DNA of 64,000 bases from an uncultured Halobellus sp. (GTDB lineage Archaea; Halobacteriota; Halobacteria; Halobacteriales; Haloferacaceae). Location of the stretch: contig CAZKXC010000002.1 of NCBI GenBank assembly GCA_964556645.1, forward strand, positions 14,496 through 78,495, read 5' to 3'. Shown piece by piece: positions 19,242 to 28,521 of the stretch. The translations under genes were made by a program, and so were the position numbers. Every line of letters begins with the position of its first letter. The first letter of the stretch is position 1. The notes beneath the pieces were generated by a model. The model did not search any database and had not been told where the DNA came from. It saw only the letters and a list, made by a program, of their open reading frames with translations.

Positions 19242-20671
19242 TGCTCAGCGTGCTTCCCGAGTCGATGCTCCGGCTCGCGTACCTCGCTGCCGCCGTGTTG
19301 TTCATCCAGGGACTGCGAGACATGACCCACCCCCGCACCGCCGTCAGGGGGAACCTCATCTCCGCGGCCGGGATGTTCGTCGCCGTCGCGGTGACGGTGC
19401 TCTGGTTCGAGCTGCTCTCGCCGGTCGTGTTGATCGCCGGTCTCGTTGTCGGCGGTCTCGTCGGCTCCGGGCTCGCGATGCGGGTCGAGATGACACAGAT
19501 GCCACAGCTGGTCGGCGTCTTCAACGGCTTCGGCGGCGGCGCGTCGGCGCTTGTCGCCGGCGCCGAACTCGTCCAGTATCAGGCCGAAAACGGCGGCGCG
19601 TTCCCGACGGAGATGGCCGTCGCCGCGGCGGCGTCGGGCATCATCGGCGCGGTCACGTTGTTCGGGAGCACGGTCGCCGCCGGCAAGCTCCACGGCGTGA
19701 TCACGGGCTCTGCGATCCGGTACACCGGCGAGCAGGCGGTCAAGGTCCTGGTGTTGGCTCTCGCCGTGTTCTCGGGGATTCTGCTCGTCGTTCAGCCCGA
19801 CGCTCTCCCGGCGGTCCTTCGCGGAGAGATGGTGCCGACGTACTGGATTCTCGTCGGTACGGCCTCCGTGCTCGGCGTGCTGCTCGTGATCCCGATCGGC
19901 GGCGCCGACATGCCGGTCGTCATCGCGTTGTTGAACGCCTACTCCGGGCTGGCCGCCGCCGGCACCGGCTTCGTGTTGGACAACACCGCGCTCATCATCG
20001 CCGGCACGCTCGTCGGCGCGGCCGGGCTCATCCTCACCGTCATCATGTGTGAGTCGATGAACCGCTCGCTCGCCAACGTGCTCTTCGGCGGATTCGGCGA
20101 GGAAGCCGCCACCGAGGAGATGGAGGACATCTACGAGGGGAACATCACCGAGACCTCTCCGGAGGAGCTCGAGATGTTACTCGACACCGCAGACCGCGTC
20201 GTCATCGTCCCCGGCTACGGGATGGCGGTCGCACAGGCACAACACGCCGTCGCCGAGCTCGCGGACATGCTCGACGCCGACGGCGTCGACGTCGAGTTCG
20301 GCATTCACCCGGTCGCAGGCCGCATGCCCGGCCACATGAACGTGCTTCTCGCGGAGGCCGACGTGCCGTACGAGCAGATGCGAGAGCTCGAAGAAATCAA
20401 CCCGACGTTCTCACAGACCGACGTCGTCATCGTCACCGGCGCCAACGACGTGGTGAACCCGCGCGCCAACGAGGACGATTCCAGCCCGATCGCCGGGATG
20501 CCGGTGTTGAACGTCGGCGAGGCCGGCACCGTCGTGGTGAACAAACGGAGCCTGAGCCCGGGCTTTTCGGGCATCCCGAACCCGCTTTTCGCCCAGGACA
20601 ACGCGTACATGTTGTTCGGCGACGGCAAGGAGATGATGCAGGCGGTCGTCAACGAGTACAAAGAGTCGTAG
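19238..20671 (+). CDS. pntB: NAD(P) transhydrogenase beta subunit
   Basis: MPQLV, GGADMPVVIALLN, MNRS, VPGYGMAVAQAQH, HPVAGRMPGHMNVLLAE, GANDVVNP. Confidence 0.96.
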   Translation: MMLSVLPESMLRLAYLAAAVLFIQGLRDMTHPRTAVRGNLISAAGMFVAVAVTVLWFELLSPVVLIAGLVVGGLVGSGLAMRVEMTQMPQLVGVFNGFGGGASALVAGAELVQYQAENGGAFPTEMAVAAAASGIIGAVTLFGSTVAAGKLHGVITGSAIRYTGEQAVKVLVLALAVFSGILLVVQPDALPAVLRGEMVPTYWILVGTASVLGVLLVIPIGGADMPVVIALLNAYSGLAAAGTGFVLDNTALIIAGTLVGAAGLILTVIMCESMNRSLANVLFGGFGEEAATEEMEDIYEGNITETSPEELEMLLDTADRVVIVPGYGMAVAQAQHAVAELADMLDADGVDVEFGIHPVAGRMPGHMNVLLAEADVPYEQMRELEEINPTFSQTDVVIVTGANDVVNPRANEDDSSPIAGMPVLNVGEAGTVVVNKRSLSPGFSGIPNPLFAQDNAYMLFGDGKEMMQAVVNEYKES

Positions 20672-20827
20672 CCGTTCGGGCCGAGGTCGGTCCGGAACGG
20701 TGAGCGCCCTGCCGGCCGTCTCCACGGACGCCGCCCCGCCCGGCGGCCAGACCAGAACCGCCTCCGGCGGCGACACCCCATCGTGGAAGGCGTGGAACTA
20801 AAACGCCCCCCGCCTCTCCCTTCTGTA

Positions 20828-22072
20828 ATGCCACGAACGATATCCGGCGAGCGGCTCAGAGACCGGTTCGACCGGTTCAACGAGATCGGCGCGACGGAAC
20901 GCGGCGGCGTGAACAGGCCGTCGCTCTCCGAGGCGAACGCGCGAGCGCGCGACACGCTGGTCGACTGGTTCGAGACCGCCGGACTCGCGGTCCGCGTCGA
21001 CGAGATGGGCAACATCTTCGGGCGGCGCGCCGGACGCGACGACGACCTCCCGCCGGTGTTGCTCGGCTCGCACGTCGACAGCCAGTACAACGGCGGCCGC
21101 TACGACGGCGTCATCGGCGTGCTCGGCGGTCTCGAGGTCGTCGAGACGCTCAACGACGCCGGCGTCGAGACGGAACGCCCGATCGAGGTGGTCTCGTGGA
21201 GCAACGAGGAGGGCGTCCGCTTTCAGCCCGACATGCTGGGCAGCGGGGTGTTCGCGGGCAAGTTCGACACGGCGTTCGCCCACTCGCTCGAGGACACGGG
21301 GGGACGCGTCTTCGGCGAGGAGCTCGAACGCATCGGCTACCGCGGGGAGACGCCGTGTGAACCCCGAGACCTCCACTGTTACCTCGAGCTCCACGTCGAG
21401 CAGGGACCGACGCTCGTAGACGCCGGTCTCAGCGTCGGCGTCGTTGAGGGCGTCTACGGCTTCGTCTGGTTCGACGCCGCGTTCACCGGCAGCGCGGACC
21501 ACGCCGGGCCGACGCCGATGGACCTCCGCAACGACGCACTGGTCGCGACGGGCGACGTGATCGAGGCGGTCCGGCGCATCGCCGGAACAGAAAGCGCCGA
21601 CCTCGTCGGCACCGTCGGCTCGGTCGACGTCTCGCCGAACGCGATCAACGTGATCCCGGAACGCGTGGAGTTCACCGTCGACCTCCGGTCGTACGACGAC
21701 GCCGCCGTCGACCGGGCGGCCGACCGGGTTCGCGAGGAGATCGACCACGCCGCGGCGCGCGAGGGGATCGCGGCCGAACACGAGGTGATCATGCGGATCG
21801 AATCCCAGTCGTTCGACGACGGCGTGATCGAGACGGTCGCCGACGCCGCCGACGCGCTCGACGCGGACGCCACCCGGCTCGTCAGCGGCGCGGGCCACGA
21901 CGCGAGCTACCTCAACCGGATCTGCCCCACCGGGATGATCTTCGTTCCCAGCGTCGACGGCGTCAGCCACACCGAAGCCGAGTTCACCGAGTGGTCGGAC
22001 GTCGTGACGGGCGTGAACGTGCTGTTGAACGCGGCGGTCGCACAGGCGACTGAACGGCCCGACGAGGCGTGA
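20828..22072 (+). CDS. M20 Zn-dependent hydrolase (N-carbamoyl-L-amino-acid/allantoate amidohydrolase family)
   Basis: GSHVDS, GRYDG, NEEG.RF, ELHVEQGP, HAG, SGAGHDA. Confidence 0.92.
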   Translation: MPRTISGERLRDRFDRFNEIGATERGGVNRPSLSEANARARDTLVDWFETAGLAVRVDEMGNIFGRRAGRDDDLPPVLLGSHVDSQYNGGRYDGVIGVLGGLEVVETLNDAGVETERPIEVVSWSNEEGVRFQPDMLGSGVFAGKFDTAFAHSLEDTGGRVFGEELERIGYRGETPCEPRDLHCYLELHVEQGPTLVDAGLSVGVVEGVYGFVWFDAAFTGSADHAGPTPMDLRNDALVATGDVIEAVRRIAGTESADLVGTVGSVDVSPNAINVIPERVEFTVDLRSYDDAAVDRAADRVREEIDHAAAREGIAAEHEVIMRIESQSFDDGVIETVADAADALDADATRLVSGAGHDASYLNRICPTGMIFVPSVDGVSHTEAEFTEWSDVVTGVNVLLNAAVAQATERPDEA

Positions 22073-22180
22073 GACGGCCTCCGTCCGCTCCTCGCGGAGT
22101 CGTGGGTCCCGTCCCGCCGCTGGCGCCCACTGAACATGATAGGGGCCGATCTTAAGCCGTGATGGGCGGAACGGCTCCGC

Positions 22181-23713
22181 ATGACGGACGAAACCGTGCT
22201 GCTGGGCGGCTTCTCACACGAGACGAACACGTTCGCCGACGGCACGACCGGCCGGCCGTTGTTTCAGGAGCGACGCGAGTACGTCGGCGAGGAGATCCCC
22301 GACCGGATGCGCGGAACCAACACCAACGAGGGCGGCGCCATCGACGCCGCCGACGCCGCGGGGATCGACCTCCGCTACACCGTCTCCGCGTCGGCCACGC
22401 CGAGCGGCGTCGTCGCCGCGGAGGCGTACCAGTTCTACACGGACCAGATTCTCGACGGGGTCGCCGACCACGCCGACGAGCTCGACGGCGTCTGTCTCTG
22501 TCTCCACGGAGCGATGGTCCCCGAAGGGATGGACGACGGCGAGGGACCGCTCGTGGCGTCGGTCCGCGACCGCGTGGGCCCGGACGTTCCGATCGCCGTG
22601 ACGCTCGACCTCCACGGCAACATCACGGACCAGCTCGTGCGGGAGGCGGACATCCTCGTCGCCTACGAGGAGTACCCGCACACGGACACCGGCGACACCG
22701 GCCGCCGCGCGATGCGGTTTCTCGCGCGGACGATGCGCGGCGAGCTCGACCCGGCGATGCACATCGAACGGCCGCCGGTGCTCGCGATGGGCCCCACACA
22801 GAACACGCGCGAGGGGCCGATGGCCGAGGTGATGGCGCTCGCCAGAGAGTACGAGCAGCGCGACGACGTGATCAAGGTGAACGTGTTTCCGGGGTTCCAC
22901 CAGGCCGACGTCCCTTCGGCCGGCTGCTCGGTGCCGGTCGTCGCCACGAACGCCGAGACCGCCACGGACGTCTCTCGAGAGATGGCCGAACACATCTGGG
23001 AGCGCAGAGACGACTTCGTCGCCGACTACCCTGACCCCGAAGAGGCGGTCGCGACGGCGATAGACCACGCGACCGACCTCGAAGACGATGACGGACCGAT
23101 CGTGTTGGCCGACGTCGGCGACAACCCCGGCGGCGGCGGCGCCGCCGACGGGACGACCGTGCTTCGAGAACTGCTCGACCAAGGGGCGACGAACGCCGGC
23201 TTCGCCATCATGCGCGACCCCGACGTGGTCGACACCTGCGTCGAGGCGGGCGTCGGCGAGCGGGTGACCGTCGACCTCGGAGGAAAAACCGACGACAGAC
23301 ACGGCGAGCCGATAACGGAACTCGACGGCTACGTGAAAGCGATCACCGACGGTGAGTTTCACAACACCGGCCCGATGGGGACCGGCAGCGAGAACCACCT
23401 CGGACGGACGGTCCACATGAACTGCGGCCACGACGACGGCGTGAGTGTTCTGTTGACGGAAAACCGACTTCAGCCTCTCGACGCCGAAATCTGGCGTCAT
23501 GCGGGCATCCAGCCCGAGCGGCTGGACACACTGGTGGTCAAAAGCATGAACCACTTTCGGGCGGATTATGAGCCCATGTCCAGCGAGGTTATTCCGATCA
23601 ACAGCATCGGCCTTTGTAGCATGGATCCCCGAAACTTCGAGTTCGACCGCATTCGCCGGCCGCAGTTCCCGCTCGACGACATGACAGACGACGACTACCC
23701 CGACTGGGCGTAG
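22181..23713 (+). CDS. M81 family metallopeptidase (MlrC-like)
   Basis: HETNTF, LHGAM, DLHGN, YPHTD, DNPGGG, VVKS..HFRA. CTTAAG lies 25-30 nt upstream of the ATG. Confidence 0.92.
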   Translation: MTDETVLLGGFSHETNTFADGTTGRPLFQERREYVGEEIPDRMRGTNTNEGGAIDAADAAGIDLRYTVSASATPSGVVAAEAYQFYTDQILDGVADHADELDGVCLCLHGAMVPEGMDDGEGPLVASVRDRVGPDVPIAVTLDLHGNITDQLVREADILVAYEEYPHTDTGDTGRRAMRFLARTMRGELDPAMHIERPPVLAMGPTQNTREGPMAEVMALAREYEQRDDVIKVNVFPGFHQADVPSAGCSVPVVATNAETATDVSREMAEHIWERRDDFVADYPDPEEAVATAIDHATDLEDDDGPIVLADVGDNPGGGGAADGTTVLRELLDQGATNAGFAIMRDPDVVDTCVEAGVGERVTVDLGGKTDDRHGEPITELDGYVKAITDGEFHNTGPMGTGSENHLGRTVHMNCGHDDGVSVLLTENRLQPLDAEIWRHAGIQPERLDTLVVKSMNHFRADYEPMSSEVIPINSIGLCSMDPRNFEFDRIRRPQFPLDDMTDDDYPDWA

Positions 23714-23878
23714 ACTCGCTGCGTCCTCTGCTGCCGGCAGGCCGGTTGGGGCCTCCAACTCACGGCACCCTCCGTGACTCACGTCGAGTGCGGCTACGCC
23801 GGGCCGTTCACCGACGAGAGGGCTTCCTGACGCGGCCCTCGACGAGTTCGAACTCCACTCTCACGATCACACCTGGCG

Positions 23879-24328
23879 TTATCGGGTGACCTCCTCGTAC
23901 GTGTTCCGCAGGACGTAGCTTCCGAACGTTCCCAAAGTCAGGAGCGTTATCGCTAGCAGGGTGAACAAGAACGCGTCCCGGAGCCCCGACAGATAGATGC
24001 CTCGTTGTACCGCAGGATCGTTGTACCAGCCGACGAGCGCGGGGAACGCGTAGCCGGCGAAGCCGGTCACGAACGCGACGAGAGACCCACCGAAGACGGT
24101 CATCAGTCGGTCGAACATTGACTCGGCGTAGTAGTCGACGTAGAATCCAAGCCCGACGACGCCGACGAGCGTGTACTTGTGAAGCGGAAGGGACGAAACG
24201 GGGTAGATGAGCACGTACGCGACCCAGCAGCCGGTGGTTATTCCGACTAACAGCGCTGCGAGGACGCTGCCGCGCCGGCCGCGGACGACCCACGCCACCG
24301 CGCTGGCTGCTGCCGTGGTGCCCGCCAC
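23879..24328 (-). CDS. Hypothetical membrane protein (about 149 aa, about 4 TM), last gene of the second dpp operon
   Basis: GTG start 1 nt after the dppF TGA; hydrophobic helices. The longer ORF-track version overlaps dppF. Confidence 0.75.
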   Translation of the reverse strand: MAGTTAAASAVAWVVRGRRGSVLAALLVGITTGCWVAYVLIYPVSSLPLHKYTLVGVVGLGFYVDYYAESMFDRLMTVFGGSLVAFVTGFAGYAFPALVGWYNDPAVQRGIYLSGLRDAFLFTLLAITLLTLGTFGSYVLRNTYEEVTR

Positions 24329-24329
24329 G

Positions 24330-25466
24330 TCAGTCGGCAAGCCCTTCCGACACGCCGTCGCCCTCCTCCTCCTCGAGTTCAACACGGCGGTGAGGATCGG
24401 TTTTCGCGTCCTCGGGCACGTCGTCAATCGCCCGCAGTTCCTGTTCGAACTCCGTTACGTCCTCGTCTTCGTAGTAGGCGTGACAGGCGACGCGCCGCTC
24501 GTTGTCGCGGATACTCAACAGCGGCGGATCGATGTGGTCACAGATGGCTTCCCGCTCGGGGCAGCGATCTTTGAACCGGCACCCGGTCGGGAGATTGATC
24601 GGGTCCGGAATGGAGCCACGTATCTCGACGTGTTCTCGCTCCCGGAACGGGTCTGGCTCCGGCGCCGCCCCGAGCAGCGCCTTCGAGTACGGGTGTACCG
24701 GCTCCTGTATCACCGTCTCTGTCTCGCCGAACTCGATGATGCGGCCCAGATACATGATACCGATGCGGTCACACACCTGCCGAAGCAGAGAGAGGTCGTG
24801 GCTGATGAACAGGATGGTGAGCCCCATCTCCTCGTTGAGCCGCTGAAGCAGGTTCAACACACCCGCCCGGATGCTCACGTCGAGCATCGACACCGGCTCG
24901 TCGGCCAACAGGAAATCCGGTTCCAGCACCAACGCTCGCGCGATGGCGACGCGTTGTTTCTCCCCGCCTGACAGCTGATGAGGATAGTTCTCCAGCCACG
25001 TCTCCGGCGGTGTGAGCTCAGCGCGTTCGAGTGCCTCGATAACTCGCGCGTAGCGCTCCTCGGCGTCGCCGATGCCGTGGATTTTCAGCGGCTCGACAAC
25101 CGTGTCGTACACCTTCATCCGCGGGTTGAGACTCTCGAAGGGATCCTGAAAGATGATCTGGACGTCGCGTCGGAACCGCTGGAGTTCCGCGCCAGAAATT
25201 TCGGTCACGTCCTCGCCACGGAACCGGATGGTGCCGTCGCTGGGCTCGAGCAATCGAATAAGCGTCTTGCCAGCGGTCGTCTTCCCACAGCCAGATTCTC
25301 CGGCCAGCCCGACGATCTCACCCTGCTCGATCTGGAGATCGATACCGTCGACAGCCTTCACGTGTTGTTCGTTGCCGATGAGGCTGTCGAGCAGCCCCTG
25401 TTGGGAGCTGAAGTATTTTTTCAACCCCGAACATTCCATGATATACTCCGCTTGGCTATCAGTCAT
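24330..25466 (-). CDS. dppF: Peptide ABC transporter ATP-binding protein (DppF)
   Basis: GESGCGKT, YPHQLSGGEKQR, ADEPVSMLD, HPYS, CRFKDRC, VACH. Confidence 0.95.
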   Translation of the reverse strand: MTDSQAEYIMECSGLKKYFSSQQGLLDSLIGNEQHVKAVDGIDLQIEQGEIVGLAGESGCGKTTAGKTLIRLLEPSDGTIRFRGEDVTEISGAELQRFRRDVQIIFQDPFESLNPRMKVYDTVVEPLKIHGIGDAEERYARVIEALERAELTPPETWLENYPHQLSGGEKQRVAIARALVLEPDFLLADEPVSMLDVSIRAGVLNLLQRLNEEMGLTILFISHDLSLLRQVCDRIGIMYLGRIIEFGETETVIQEPVHPYSKALLGAAPEPDPFREREHVEIRGSIPDPINLPTGCRFKDRCPEREAICDHIDPPLLSIRDNERRVACHAYYEDEDVTEFEQELRAIDDVPEDAKTDPHRRVELEEEEGDGVSEGLAD

Positions 25467-26547
25467 CGGTCCCCTCCGCGGCGATGGTGGCGTTGTCGTC
25501 CCGTGCTGTTTGCCAGGTGGAACGTTGTTTTGCTTCGGCCCGCATGCTTTCGATCCGCTCGTGATGGTAACACGCAGAGTAGTGGTCGTCAGCGACTTCT
25601 TCTAGCGGCGGATGAGCGTTCTCACATTCTTCGGTGGCGAACGGACACCGCTTCATAAACCGACAGCCGTCCGGCAGGTCGGCGATATCCGGCGGACTTC
25701 CCGGAATACTGATGAGATCTGACTGGTCGCCTCGAAGCGTCGGGAACGCGTTTTGCATCCCGAGCGTGTACGGGTTAAACGGATTCGCGAAGATGTCTCG
25801 GAGGTCGCCGTACTCCATCAGCTTTCCCGAGTACATTACGCCGAGGCGGTTACACGTCTCCGCAATGACGCTGATGTCGTGAGAGATGATGATAACCGAG
25901 ATATTCAGCTCATCTCGGAGCTCCTTCAATCGCTTCAGAATCTGGTCTTGTACGATGACGTCGAGCGCCGTCGTCGGCTCGTCGGCGATGATGAGGTCGG
26001 GATCCAGCGCCAGCGACATCGCGATGTACGCTCGTTGTTTCATCCCGCCGGAGAACTGGTGTGGATAGTCATCCATTCGCTCGGGATCTAATCCAACCGT
26101 CTCGAACAACTCGGCGGCGCGCTCGCGTGCCTCGTCGGTCGACACGTCGCGATGTGCTTGGATGGCTTCGACGATCTGACTGGAGATCCGGTGAACCGGG
26201 TTGAGAGCGTTCATCGCGCCCTGGCTGATGAGCGAGAGATGCTCCCAGCGTAACGCGTCGAGTTCACGCTTTTTCAGTTCAGTCATCTCGACGCCGCGGT
26301 ATTTGATCGAGCCGGCGTTTATACGCCCGTTGGACGGGAGCAGACCGAGTATCGCCTGTGCGACCGTGCTCTTGCCACAGCCGGATTCGCCGACGAGTCC
26401 GAATATCTCGTTCTCGTCGACGGAGAAGCTGATGTGATCGACCGCCGTCAGATCCCCGGCGCTCGTCTCGTATACAACTTCCACGTCGGTCACGTCGAGC
26501 AACGGTGCGTCGTCGTCAAATTCGAAGTCTGCGGTTGCTTGTTTCAT
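25459..26547 (-). CDS. dppD: Peptide ABC transporter ATP-binding protein (DppD)
   Basis: Start MKQATAD overlaps the dppC stop (TAATG); GESGCGKS, YPHQFSGGMKQR, ADEPTTALD. Confidence 0.95.
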   Translation of the reverse strand: MKQATADFEFDDDAPLLDVTDVEVVYETSAGDLTAVDHISFSVDENEIFGLVGESGCGKSTVAQAILGLLPSNGRINAGSIKYRGVEMTELKKRELDALRWEHLSLISQGAMNALNPVHRISSQIVEAIQAHRDVSTDEARERAAELFETVGLDPERMDDYPHQFSGGMKQRAYIAMSLALDPDLIIADEPTTALDVIVQDQILKRLKELRDELNISVIIISHDISVIAETCNRLGVMYSGKLMEYGDLRDIFANPFNPYTLGMQNAFPTLRGDQSDLISIPGSPPDIADLPDGCRFMKRCPFATEECENAHPPLEEVADDHYSACYHHERIESMRAEAKQRSTWQTARDDNATIAAEGTDD

Positions 26548-27488
26548 TATTTTTCTTGGAGCTGCGGGTTGACGACCTCCTCGTAGCCACGACCAACGAG
26601 ATACGCGCCCGTGACGACGAGGGTGATCGACACGCCCGGCGGGATGACCCACCACCATGCGGTGCCGAACGCCTGGGTGACGAACGCGCGCTGAAGCATC
26701 ACACCCCACGAGGGAACCGTCGGGTCACCGAAGCCGAGGAACGCAATACTCGCCTGTGCGACGATCGAGTAGCCAACCGCGATCGCGGCGTACAACGCGG
26801 ATAACGGGATGACGTTCGGGAGAATGTGGACGGCCATGATGCGGAAGTCACTCGCGCCGGCGGCTTGAGCGGCCTCCACGTACGGCCGTTCGCGCAAGGT
26901 AAGCACCTCTGAGCGTATCACCCGTGCGGTCGAGAGCCAGTACAACAACGCGATACCGAGGATGATGTTCCAGACGCTCGCGCCCAACACCGTCACGAGA
27001 ACGATGACGAACGGAATGAACGGCAGGCCGTAGAGCACGTCTACGACCCGCATGATTATCTCGTCGACCCAGCCGCCGTAGTAGCCGGCGACGACGCCGA
27101 GAGTGGTCCCGATAACGGCGACCATGAACGCGCCGAGTATGCCGACGAACATGGCGATGCGCGCTCCCAACAACAACTGCGAGAGCACGTCGTGAGCGGA
27201 CTCCGTCGTCCCGAGCGGATGGGCGGCCGACGGCGGTTGTAGCGAAGCCCACGAGCCGTCGGCCATATAAAGCCGCTCGTACGGCGCGTACGGGACGATG
27301 TACGGCGAGATGATCGCGATCAGTAAGTAAAACAGAATGATGATCAGGCCGGCGACCGCCATCTTCGAACGCACGAAGATGCGGCCCTGTTCGATGGTGC
27401 TCCGTTTGAGGTTCTGGACGAAGCGCTGCCATCCCTGTTTGGTCTCCCTCTGCCGCGGATCGCGCATCTGTGCGGTTTCTTCGCTCAT
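26547..27488 (-). CDS. dppC: Peptide ABC transporter permease (DppC)
   Basis: HPLGT, ARVIRSEVLTLRERPYVEAA, FLGFGDP..SWG, WWW..PPG. Confidence 0.93.
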   Translation of the reverse strand: MSEETAQMRDPRQRETKQGWQRFVQNLKRSTIEQGRIFVRSKMAVAGLIIILFYLLIAIISPYIVPYAPYERLYMADGSWASLQPPSAAHPLGTTESAHDVLSQLLLGARIAMFVGILGAFMVAVIGTTLGVVAGYYGGWVDEIIMRVVDVLYGLPFIPFVIVLVTVLGASVWNIILGIALLYWLSTARVIRSEVLTLRERPYVEAAQAAGASDFRIMAVHILPNVIPLSALYAAIAVGYSIVAQASIAFLGFGDPTVPSWGVMLQRAFVTQAFGTAWWWVIPPGVSITLVVTGAYLVGRGYEEVVNPQLQEK

Positions 27489-27489
27489 G

Positions 27490-28473
27490 TCAGCTTTCCT
27501 CCAGACGGACCCGTGGGTCCAGATACGAGTACGCCAGGTCGGCGAAGAAGTTCATCGTGATCACGATGATCGAGAGCAGCGTGAACGCACCCTGTGCGAC
27601 GGGGTAGTCGCTGCGGAGCGACGCTTTCACCATCTCCCGTCCCAACCCGGGCCAGGAGTACACCGTCTCGATGAGCACTTGTCCGCCGACGGCGAAGCCA
27701 ATCGCGATTGCGAACGCCGTCACGACCGGAAGAATCGCGTTCCGCGCGGCGTGTCTGAGCAGGATTCGTCGGTCCGTCAGTCCCTTCGCGCGCGCCGTGT
27801 CGATGTAGTCCTCCGAGAGCACTTCCAACAGGTTGTTTCGCATCAACAGAAGCGGCAGCCCGGTGTAGAACGTACACAGCGTGAACACCGGTAGGGCGAG
27901 ATGATACAGAAAGTCGGTGCTGAGGAACTTCTCGCCGACCGTCGAGTAGTCCGCCTGCATCCCTCGCATCCCGCCCAACGGGAACAGATCGAGTTGGAAC
28001 GAGAACAGATAGAGGACGATCATTCCCGTCCAGAAGACGGGCGTCGACCGGATGATGAGGACGATGAGCATTCCGAATCGCTCCCTGGTTGTCCCCCTGA
28101 CCCAGCCGAGCTGTGCGCCGAGGTAGGTGCCGACGGTGTACGAGATGAGGAACGCCGTCACCATCAGACTCATGGTGTTCAGGAAGCGGTCAGCGACGAG
28201 CGACCGGACGGACTCCCCGTAGTAGAACGACTGGCCGAAGTTCAACTGCAACACGTTCCAGATGTACAGGACGTACTGTTTCCAAAGCGGTTCGTTTAGA
28301 CCGTAGTCTTCGATAGCCGCCTGTCGTGCTGCCTCGTTCATCCGTGGACTCGTGATGGCTGCCATCGGGCCACCAGGGACCATGCGGAAGAGAAAGAACA
28401 GTATGGTGACGACTGTAAACAATGACAGCACCATCAACAACAGGCGTCGGGTTACGTATCGTTTGTTGACCAT
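27490..28473 (-). CDS. dppB: Peptide ABC transporter permease (DppB)
   Basis: FRMVPGGP, EDYIDTARAKGL, ETVYSWPGLG, DPRV. Confidence 0.93.
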   Translation of the reverse strand: MVNKRYVTRRLLLMVLSLFTVVTILFFLFRMVPGGPMAAITSPRMNEAARQAAIEDYGLNEPLWKQYVLYIWNVLQLNFGQSFYYGESVRSLVADRFLNTMSLMVTAFLISYTVGTYLGAQLGWVRGTTRERFGMLIVLIIRSTPVFWTGMIVLYLFSFQLDLFPLGGMRGMQADYSTVGEKFLSTDFLYHLALPVFTLCTFYTGLPLLLMRNNLLEVLSEDYIDTARAKGLTDRRILLRHAARNAILPVVTAFAIAIGFAVGGQVLIETVYSWPGLGREMVKASLRSDYPVAQGAFTLLSIIVITMNFFADLAYSYLDPRVRLEES

Positions 28474-28521
28474 TTATTTCGATGAGAGTTCGTGTGGCGG
28501 TGGAGAAATGCTCGGCGAAAA

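Noticed and set aside
22181-23713. Microcystin degradation (MlrC label)
   Set aside because: No mlrA, mlrB or mlrD nearby. The M81 family is widespread, with other substrates.
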